Positions 13,700 to 23,449 of a stretch of DNA of 64,000 nucleotides are shown here, in pieces. Made by a program: the position numbers and the translations under genes. The stretch comes from Geosiphon pyriformis uo1 (lineage: Eukaryota; Fungi; Glomeromycota). Below the pieces are notes generated by a model, which was not told the DNA's origin, did not search any database, and was given only the letters and a program-made list of their open reading frames with translations. The stretch is from contig JAAOMT010000283.1 in assembly GCA_016748015.1 (NCBI GenBank), positions 587,277 to 651,276 of the forward strand. The letters run 5' to 3'. The stretch's first letter is position 1. Each line of letters starts with the position of its first letter.

Positions 13700-14960
13700 T
13701 AGTTTTCCTGGTTTGTGATATACAATGTATCTGTAGTCTACTAAGAAGTTATTCCATTAAGACTGTTTGGCACTTTGTTTAGTTTTCTTTTTATTAAGTC
13801 ATTTGAGGCCAATATTGTCAGTTATTATGTCAAATTCTTTTCTATTCTTTAGGTATTGTTGAAAATGTTTAAGAGCCCAGATGACTGCAGTGGCTTCCAA
13901 TTCAGTTGAGCCATATTTGAGTTCTGTTGGCTTGAGTGTTCTGCTGGCATAGGTGATAACTTATTTCTGGCCATTTTCATCCAATTGTGATAAAATGGCA
14001 CCAAATGCTATGTGTGAAGCATTAGTGGCTAATTGGAACTGTTTGTTGAAGTCTGGATAAACAAGAACTGGGGCTGTTGTCAATTTTGTTTTGAGAGTTT
14101 CAAAGCTTTTTGTTGTTCTTCAGTCTATTTGAATGGCACGTTTTTGTTGGTAAGATAATTGAGTAGTTTGGCAATTTCTGAGAATCTTTTTATGAATTTT
14201 CGATAGTAAGAGGCTAATCCTACAAATCCTCATAGTTCTGTGGTATTTCTGTAGGTTTGAAAGTTTTTGACAGCACTGATTGTTCCTGGATTTGGTTTGA
14301 CTCCATCTTTACTAACTATGTGTCCAAGAAAAATCAAGCTTGTTTTTCCAAAGTGACATTTTTCAATGTTTAACTTTAATCCTGCTTTCCGTAATTGTTG
14401 AAAAACTTTTTGCAGGTGAATAAAATGGGCTTCAAAGCTTGATGAGTATATATTAGTATCATCAAGATAGACAACTACTGATTACCACAAGAGCCCTTCA
14501 TATACAACATCCATAAGTCACTGAAATGTTGCTGGTGCATTACAAAGTTCAAAAAGCATAACATTGAACTCATAGTTTCCTCCTTAGATGGTAAATGCTG
14601 TTTTGGATTGGTTTTTTGGGTCCATTTTGACTTGCCAGTATCCACTTTCCAAGTCTAAAGTTGAGAAGAACTTGGCTTTTCCTAGAGCATCTAGCATGTC
14701 ATCAATTCTTGAAAGTGAGTAAGCATCTCCAATTGTCACACTGTTTAATTGGTGATAGTCAACACAAAATCTGATTTTTCTATTTTTTTTTTTGACAAGG
14801 ACTACTGGTGAGGCCCAAAGACTTCTTGATGGTAGAATCAATCCATTATTGAGCATTTTCTAAACTTCTTCTCTGATGAATTGGTGGCTGACAGGTGGCA
14901 CTCTGTAAGCTTGCTGACGTTTTGGTGGAGCATCTCCTGTATGGATCTGATGTTAAACAA
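13700..14960 (-). pseudogene. Reverse transcriptase and RNase H of Gypsy B
   Basis: WASPVVLVKKK, RFCVDY, LDLESGYWQV, VYLDD (~14460), RNase H ATNAS (from TDAS), YASRTL, TELEATAVIWAL. Confidence 0.95.
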
Positions 14961-15494
14961 TATCTATTTTTCCCAAGTTATTGTTGTCTTTTGCAAATAT
15001 ATCTGCAAATTCAGCTATCAATTGTTTTAATTGTCTTTGTTGTTGAAGTTCTAAGGGACCCATGTTGATTTGAGAGAGTTTTTCTTCCAAAAAGTGGTAG
15101 TTTTCAGTAGTAAGAATGATATTTGGATTTGGGAGTAGAGTGTGCCTTACAATTTCGATAAAATTAGAAACAATTTGAGGGTTTTCATCTTGAAAAATAT
15201 TGCTGTGTATGATTCCAATCTCTAATTTGTTTAATAAGACAATAAGATAATTATTGGGATTGTAGAATGTAACTCAAAAATTTTTCATTTCTTTGAGAAT
15301 ATAAACATTTGGAATTGAGATTTCATGCTTCAAACAGATTTGTTCATTGAATTCAAAGATTTGTTAGGTAGTGGTGAGTTTTGAGCAAGTGTAAATTTCG
15401 TGATATTCTTCAAAAAGTGAAATAGTAATTGGTTGGGGAAGTTGAAGAATCTGGTGAGATTCATTTTGTATTTTAAGGGCTATGTTTACTGGAA

Positions 15495-15930
15495 CTGTAA
15501 ATCGTCCAGTTGAACCAAAACTTTGCATTCCTCTTTCACTTTTTTCCAATTGTTCTCTGTTGTTAACTGATTGTAACCCCAAAATGTTGATTAGGAGTAG
15601 ATAAATTGCTTGAGCAATTTTTTCAGCATGTTCAATCTTGAATGGTTTGTCTGTTTCATTCTGCAACATGATAGTAATGTCTCCAGTGTATTTTGTATCT
15701 ATAACTCCTTTTTTAATATTGATTCCTTTGCTTGCCAATGATGATCTGGATGCAATTTGAACCATTGCTCCAGGTGGAATTTCAAAAGCAATTTTGAGAT
15801 TGATTTTTGTCAAAGACTTTGGTTGAAGAACCAAAGTATCTTTTCTTGGGTATCTTAGATCATATCCAGCATCAATTTTGTGTGCTTTTTCTGGTCTGAT
15901 TTTTTGGCCATGATTGTCGAAATATTTAAG
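15495..15930 (-). pseudogene. dut: dUTPase domain within the Gypsy B polyprotein
   Basis: All five trimeric dUTPase motifs in order: AGYDL, IASRSSLA, GVIDTKYTG (from GVIDAGYTG), EKIAQ, RGMQSFGSTG. Confidence 0.93.
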
Positions 15931-16029
15931 TTGTAGAGATGGTTGCTTTTTAAGAAGATAAATAGAGGTGGTTGGTAGTTCTTCTATCAGTTCAGATACT
16001 CCAAATTCGATTTTATTTTCATTATTTTC

Positions 16030-16690
16030 TTTTGGCAGAAGAATGCTAAGAGCATAGCATTCTGGACACTATTTGTCATCACAAGGCATGATGTATTCTT
16101 CACACAATTGAATGTTCATTTGCTTTATTCATTGAATTTGAGCTTTTTGAGTTGGATATGTGTAACTTGCAATTTGGTGGTAGGTTTTTACTTCATCTTC
16201 ATAATCAAATCCAGCTAATTCCATGGTATACTCAATGTATTCAGCTTCTTTCATTTGGCGGACATCTTCTTGAGTGGTTCCATTGATTAATGCCATTGCT
16301 AAGTCAAAAATCATTTCAGCATCATAAGGGTAGTGGTAAAGTTTATTGAGAGCATTGTTGTATGCTGCATTAAATGGTGTTTCTCTTCTAACTTTTTCTG
16401 AAATTGATAGAGCATATTGACAGGTTTGATCACATACTCCTCCTCTCATTGCAACATCAATCCAGTTGCATTCTTCTGGTAACATATCTCCACATGTAAG
16501 GCAAGGTGTGTTGTTCCATTTTCCACTTTTTTTTGGAGATCCAAATCATTTTCTATGGCATGCTTTGCAAAAGTAACAGGTACAAGTTTCATATTCCTCT
16601 TCTGGAAAAATACATGTTCCCATTGATGAAAGTTTCTTGTTGCAATCTTTGCATTTGAGTAGAATATAGTGTGGTTGTTTCTGTGGTTCT
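16030..16690 (-). pseudogene. Cys-rich (putative zinc-binding) domain of unknown family between protease and dUTPase
   Basis: Translation across stops: CKDC...CYFCKACH...CLTC...C...CDQTC...helical acidic stretch...CEE(Y)IMPCDDK*CPEC. Confidence 0.7.
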
Positions 16691-16879
16691 GGTGTAGAAT
16701 ATCTAACTTTCTTCTATCTTCTTGATTCTTCAAAAATCTTCTGTTTTGTTTCTTCAGCCCAATTGGATGTTAATCCAAGAGCCATGTAGGTTTCAGTAAG
16801 TGGCATTTCTTTCTCCTCTTCAAATTCAAATACTGGGGCTTTTTTTAATTGTTTGTTAAAAGTACCACAAGTAGCAGAT

Positions 16880-18130
16880 ACTATGGTGTATTGTTTTTGG
16901 TATAAAATTTTTAATTCCTGAGTTTCCCAGTCCAAGTTTGCATTGGCCTTAAGAAGCCAATTATTTCCGACCAGAGCTTGGTATTGGAGTGCATTCATGA
17001 CTAGAACTTTGACTGGAATGGTGATTCCATCAATGGTGAATAAAAAATTGTTAATTTCTCTTACTGGTGTCTTTTTTATACCATCTGCTGTAACAATTAC
17101 AGTTTGGGCTGGTCTGTTAACAGTGTTACGAGATGGTTTTCTTGTTATATTTAATTGCTGATATCCCGCTTTAATTGCAATCAGTTTTTCGTGAGTTCCT
17201 CAATTCTATTTGTGTAATAATGTCACTGTTACACTGAAGGCTTTCTTTTTACTGTTGCGATGTAAGTTATTCTTTAATTCTTGATTGTTGTGTGTGTTTA
17301 TGTACTCCTTCTCAGAGGCTGAACTGAAATCTACCCACTGTCTGGGGTCTTCTCTGAGGATATCCTTGCAATTGCCTGATGTGTTTTTCTAATCTAGAAA
17401 CACAGAATGTTAATGGTCTTTAGCGCTTTTCTAATTCTCACAATAAAGCTNNNNNNNNNNNNNNNNNNNNNNNNNNNNNNNNNNNNNNNNNNNNNNNNNN
17501 NNNNNNNNNNNNNNNNNNNNNNNNNNNNNNNNNNNNNNNNNNNNNNNNNNNNNNNNNNNNNNNNNNNNNNNNNNNNNNNNNNNNNNNNNNNNNNNNNNNN
17601 NNNNNNNNNNNNNNNNNNNNNNNNNNNNNNNNNNNNNNNNNNNNNNNNNNNGTTTCTTGGGATATTTAATTTGAAAGTATGATTTAAAGTGGAGTTTGTT
17701 GGATAAAATTGGATCTATTGCTTGATAAGTTATGATTTTTATTACTTGATTGATTCTTTCCCAATATTAAAACTACTGTATATATACATGTTTGTAGTTC
17801 TACGAGAAAATACTTTCTTTTTGATATTTCAACCTGGTGCTTGCTGCTATTACCAGTTGGTGTTGGCTGCTATTGTGAACTGGTGCTTGCCACTATCGCG
17901 AGATGGTGTTTGCTACTATGTTAATCATTACCTTTCTAAGATTATTACTGTGCTATATTATGATTAAATAGTTTGTATTATTTTTATGATTCTTTTTGCT
18001 AAATTCTTAAACCGTAACAACAGTTCTTTGAAGCTGTTGCATTAACTGGTAGGTGATAATACTTTTAGCTGATCCACTGTCTAAAATTAGTCAGATGAGT
18101 TTTTCTTCTATTGTAACTTCAGTATACATG
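16880..18130 (-). pseudogene. Aspartic protease of Gypsy B, split by the nested LTR
   Basis: LILDSGSAKSII (~18055-18095); ALVGNNWL (from GNDWL) ~16955-16980. Confidence 0.9.
17124..18019. mobile_element. Nested LTR of a third Gypsy family (solo LTR or collapsed full element) inserted in the protease of B; spans an assembly gap (N 17451-17651)
   Basis: Termini TGTTACG...CGTAACA; 4-bp TSD ACAG (17120-17123, 18020-18023); removing it restores protease QLMQQLQRTVNRPAQTV; ~23-bp tandem repeat at ~17830-17920. Confidence 0.88.
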
Positions 18131-20226
18131 GCAGTGATAGCTCTTTGTTCATTAGCTGCTGCATTATTAAGCAAGAATGGTAATTCATTTGCTTCAAATT
18201 CGAATGAGAATATATCTGAAAGATTGGCATTTTGGGCAATTTAAGCTGGTGGAATAGTGTTGTTGAAAGAGTTTGATCTGGGTGCTGCAACTTCACCTTC
18301 AAAAAGTGCAGATTGTTGAAAATCTGATTTCTCTGATATTGTAAGATAACTGGGTTGAGTGTGATAGTGATTGGGTCTTTGCTGACTAGAATTTTGGGGA
18401 ACCAACTGGTTATTTGGATTAATTCTGTTGTTGTTACTCTGAAATTGATTTTGGGATGTGAATTGATTATGTTGAACCAATCTTCTTGCTGGTACTTGAT
18501 ATTGTTGAGTGGATGGTGTCTGATATAGCTGAATTGGTAAAGGTTGCTGATATTGTTGCTACATTGGTTGTGGTGTTGGTAGATAGTAACTGTTTTGATT
18601 TTGTGGTCTTGATGAATAATAGGTTGGTGGTGGAGATTGGTAATAAGATTGTTGTAGTGAAGAATAACGTTAATTACTCCTATTTTGTTGGTTTCTTTGC
18701 AATTTTCTGCAATCTCGTTTCCAATGTTTTGGAATTCTACAATAATGACAATATTGAGATTGGTTGTTGGATGATGATCCAAAATTGTTTTGGTTGCATC
18801 ATTATGAGGGTTGGTATTTTTGTGGTTGTTGCTGTTGTTGTTGTTGGTTTGTAAAGTAGCTTTCAACTTTTTTTGTGAGTTGGTCTATCTTTTCTTCAGC
18901 TGTTGAGCTGGTTTCTCCAATTGCAAGATTTACAAGCTTGGTATGATTTGCTTTTTTCATTGCCATTTCATAGCTCTTTGTATGTCTAATAGCAGTTGCT
19001 AAGTCTGTTGGAGCATGTGGGCAGACTTTCTTAATCAGTTTGTCTTTTAACTCTGCTATAAACTAGTCCAGAATCTGAGCATCAGAATAATAATCATTGG
19101 TTTCCAATTGTCGAATCCATCAAAGAAGTTTGTTGAATCTTCCAAGATAGGTCATGACAGTTTCAGATGTTTCTTGTTTGATATTGCAAAAGCAATTGTA
19201 GAGAGTAATAGAAGTGTTGTTGTTAGTAAATTGTTGTAAGAAAGCATCTTTGAATGCTTGCCAGTTTTCAAATAGTTCTTCTAAATTTTCAAACCATTTT
19301 TCTGCTGTTCTTTGGAGAAAGTAAGGAATTGCTTTGAGCATTCTTGTTGCAATTCAACCATTTGTATCTTCTGCTTTTTGAACTTTGTTAAGCCATTCTT
19401 GAGGACTGGTATTATTGTCTTTACTAGTGAATTCTGGAATTTTTGCAATTTAAGCAGTTGCCATTTCTTCTTTGTTTTTTGTGATTTCTTCTGGTACTGA
19501 TTCAGTTTCTTTACTTTCCAAGCTTTCTGAATAATTACTTTCGTTTTTCTGTAAGTAATCAATAATATTGGCACTTGTTGATATTAGTTCTTGTTGTTGA
19601 ATAGGATTTCTAGGTGACTGAAAATCTTCTGGTCTGGAGAAATGGTTAAGTAGTAAACTTGGTGTTTGTGATTGAACAAGTGAAATTAGAAATGGTGTAA
19701 TAGAAAGTGGTAATTTGACACTGGTTTCTTGTTCAGGTATTTGCAAGTGTTTGGCAGTTGTCTTTTGTAGTGTTGGAGTGTTTGGAGTGGTTTTTGAGTA
19801 TTGCTTCAATCTTTGTTTGCCTTTGTTGCTTGTTTCTGTCTCTGATTCAAAATCAAAAGAGTATTTAAACTGTACTGGGTATTTTTCTTCACAATATTCA
19901 ATAATGTTAAAATTAAGTTCTTGGAAGTAGGTAGCAAGTGTTTCACTGTTCAGGTCTTCTGTTTCCAATTGTGAATAGTGCACTAAATTATTGTAAAGGT
20001 TGCTTCTAATTTCTGAAATGTTGTAGTTTCCAAAAAGATAATTGTTAATGCAGTTTTCAATGTATTGGTATACTGATTTCTTGATAACTTCAATTTCGTC
20101 TGGGATGTTGAATCTTTGCCTGCAGTGAGTGTAAATTAACTGGTAATACTCTAGAGTTGTTGTGTTTGGTGTGGTTGCCACTTTGAAGTTGTTTTTGCTG
20201 TGTTGTTTCCATGGGAGAGCACCAAA
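18131..20226 (-). pseudogene. gag: Gag of Gypsy B with in-frame 5' extension (leader ~19465-20226; capsid from ATG 19464; CCHC knuckle; Q/N/Y/P-rich linker)
   Basis: MATA*IAKIPEF...AIPYFLQRTAEKWF...CHYCRIPKHWKRDC; frame continuous into protease apart from point stops. Confidence 0.92.
20207..20224 (-). other. Primer binding site of Gypsy B
   Basis: TGGTGCTCTCCCATGGAA 2 nt after the LTR; 18-nt complement of a tRNA 3' end (...GGAGAGCACCA); tRNA identity not determined. Confidence 0.82.
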
Positions 20227-21242
20227 TGTTACCAGAGATTTCTAGTCTCTTTTCTTGAATGTTGCAAATGTTTATTGGTTGCAAATTCACGTTTTCTAGA
20301 AGTAGTTGAGCCTCCAGTAACTGAATTTATCTTCAAATTATCTCTTATAATTTGAACTGCTGGGCTTATAAGTGGAATGGCCAATTCCTTGCCAGTTACT
20401 TTATGTAGTTATGTTGTAGTAAATGTCAACTCTTTCCCAGGAATTGCTCATCTGGAAGCTCACTAAAAATGTGTAGTTACTTTGCTGTGAAAGTCAACTC
20501 TTCTACAGGAATCTCATCTGTAGACTACCCTATTGATTATAATAAGAAAATAAAAGAAAAGTAAAAGAAATATAAAAGAAATTGAATTCTGTCAAGGAAA
20601 ACGTTTTCTATCTAGGTCTGAAGTCACTAACAGTTTACTGAAATTGGTAGCTAATCAATTTCAAAATGTTAATTGGGTTTTTGGGGATTTTCCAAGTGCA
20701 ATAATTTAAAAAATTTTGGTTTTTTGAATTATTTGATATTTATTTCTTTTTTTTGTGTGTAGGAATGGTTCTAAGTGATAAATCTAAAGTAAGATACATT
20801 TTCTTGAAGAGAAAAGCTCTTCATTTATACAACTTGTTGTAGTACTAGTCTATAGACTTGCACTTTTTCTCTTTGCTCAAATTTCAGCAAACTAAAGATA
20901 CATTTTGATAAACTACAAGTTATTTCGCTGAACTATTGATTAATTTGGGTGAACTATTTATAATTTCGGTGAATTTCTATAAATTTCGGCGAATTTCTTA
21001 TAAATTTCGGCGAATTTCTGTAAATTTCGGCGAATTTTAGAATGTTACAAAGTTCAGGGTATTGTGTAATTTGATCATCCTACTTTCTGTCATACTAATT
21101 GGATTATTTAATTAAATCGTAATATGTGATAATTGATTAAATAATAAGTGATAATTTGAAATGATATTAATATACTAATTAATTTATAGAAATTATAAGG
21201 ATAATTTCATGCTAATTGATAGCTAAAATTCTACTGGTAACA
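20227..21242 (-). repeat. 5' LTR of Gypsy B
   Basis: TGTTACCAG...CTGGTAACA; direct repeat of 10385-11379. Confidence 0.96.
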
Positions 21243-21639
21243 CCAGTAAAAGTATTAGCTATAATAATATCTATACTAAGTTTTTTGGTTTTTTTGTTAA
21301 TATTTCTGTAGATAAATATGAGTAAATAATAATTTTTTTAATATTAAAACAAAACTTTATACTAATTTTTTTATTACTAAATTTTTAACAAAAAAAACTG
21401 TTAATTTTAAAATAATAAAAAAGTTAATATTAACAAAAATACTTATTAAAATAAAGAAATAAAAGAGCATAAAATAAAAAAGTTTGTTAAAAATCTTATA
21501 TTTTTACTATAGTAAAAAAAATTATAAAAAAAATTTTTTTTTCTAAGTTTAATATTTTTTTTAATTATAATATTTAATTATATTTATAAATTAATATAAA
21601 TTTGCAGATAAAAAAGACTGAATTTTAGAAGTTTAATTC

Positions 21640-23215
21640 CTATTTGATTTAGTTTGCTAGTTAAATTCATTGAAAATGATGGCTTGATTGGCAATAGTAT
21701 TCTAACTTTTTATCTTTTTCTTGGTCACTGCTTTAGCAAATTTGGTTATATTAATGAATGTTTTATAAAAAATAAGTCAAATAATATAGTTGTTTATATA
21801 GATAGTTTAATCAAAAGTTTGAGATTTATTTATGTTTATAATGGTGCTGCTGTCTACTTTTCAAATATTGACATAAGTATAAGAATTAAAATATATGATT
21901 TGCTCTTTTTGATTCTAGTAAAACTATAAGCTATTGTTTTTGCTCTGAAATGTGTTTTAATATTTAGCCTAATTGTTTTGTTTATGAATAGTCAGTTGTT
22001 ATTAAATATAAGTATTTTAATTGAAAAAATTGTCAGTTCCAATTTTTGCACTAAATAATAAATAAAAAAAGAACAAATTTGCCAGATTATTAAGTCAAAG
22101 AATCTTTTAGCCAATTAAAACAAAGTCAAAAATTATTTTGGAGTTGTTAATAATAAACATGCTGATTTTTTTGTCAATACTACCATCATGTTTAATCTTA
22201 TACTGTCTGTTAAAGTGCCATACTGGTTTTTAGTTATTAAAGACAGATTTGTTTCTGAAAATACTCATCATTTCATTAAATGTTTTTTGAAATCATTAGT
22301 TTTATTGGTTGGAATTTCAAATATGCTGATAATATTGTAGATAATATTTTATATAATATAATTAATATAAATAGAATATTTAGTGTGTGGCATTTTAATG
22401 ATTGGGTTTAATCTGGTTTTACTAGCTCTGCTTTTATAGCTTTTCAGTCTTATTTCATAAAAGTTTTATATTACCAATTACCTATAGCCAAAAAAAAAAG
22501 ATTATATGATTTCAGTTATCTTAACATATTGTGTATTAGATGTGAATTGGTTAAGAATTTTAACCACACATTTTTTTGTATTTATAATGTTAGCACTAAA
22601 AAAAAATTAATTTTAAAGACTATTAAAGTATGGAATAATTTGCTGAGTATATATACTATTAACAATGTGATAATTCAATCTTTATATATGACTAAGTTTT
22701 CTAATTATTTATATATATTGCTAGCCAAAAACTTTATAATAAAGAAGTAGATAGCTAACATAATACATTTATTGAATAATAGTTTTAAAAATACATCATT
22801 GATCATTAATTTGGTTTAAAGTTTTGTTGAAAATTACAGATTTATTATGTAATTGTCAACTACTAAATTGAGAGTATATTATAAAAATATGGTTTTTTAC
22901 CATATAATAAGTTTGTGATACCAATTATATCTGATTTAATATCCTTATAGTTTTCTAAAATAATTTATAATTTTGGTATTAAATTGGGTGTTTATGTTTG
23001 TTTTGGTCTATATTTTTATTTATTTAGTGTAAATTTCGGTTTTTTGTATGATTTTCTAGTTGTAAGTAATTTAGGTACTTAATATTGTTTTAATTAGCCC
23101 AAGTGGCTAGTTATATATAGAAAAAGCATAAGCCATACTTAATATAAAAGCTTGTATGATTCTATAATTTTAGGTAGTAATTGGGTTATACTTGTTAAAC
23201 ACATAATAAAAAAAA
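21640..23215 (+). mobile_element. Eroded LINE 3' half (RNase H, C-terminal Cys/His zinc motif, 3' UTR, A-rich tail)
   Basis: VYIDS...GAAVYF...LVKL*AIVFALKCV...FMNSQ...KVKNYFGVVNNKHAD (RNase H TDGS/AEL/DSQ/GHSG.GNERAD eroded); YFIKVLYYQLPIAKKKRLY...CIRC...HTFFC; 3' end colinear with 38287-39130. Confidence 0.8.
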
Positions 23216-23449
23216 TTAATATAAATAATTTATATTAATTATTATATAAATTTGCAATATTTTATTAATAATAATTAAAAAAAATAAAAAAACCCAAAAA
23301 ATATTTTAATATTTTTTTTAGCATACTTTTATTTTAAAAACTAAAAATAATAAACTAAAAATAATAAACAGTATTTTTAAAAATATAACCAAAAAAATAT
23401 TACTTTACATAATTTAAAAAGCTTAATAAAAATATAAAATAATAAGTTT

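Larger units (their letters stand above)
10385..21242 (-). mobile_element. Full-length Ty3/Gypsy LTR retrotransposon B (dUTPase-encoding, extra ORF3), inactivated by point mutations
   Basis: Two near-identical LTRs (10385-11379, 20227-21242) with TGTTA(C/T)CAG...CTGGTAACA ends; 4-bp TSD CCAG (10381-10384, 21243-21246); PBS, PPT; gag-PR-dUTPase-RT-RH-IN order. Confidence 0.97.

Noticed and set aside
17407-17682. ORF spanning Ns
   Set aside because: Assembly gap artefact
18108-18866. 252-aa overlapping ORF in an alternative frame of gag, and antisense ORFs 701-991 and 18486-18854
   Set aside because: Shadow frames of CAA-rich low-complexity gag; the equivalent frame is interrupted in copy A
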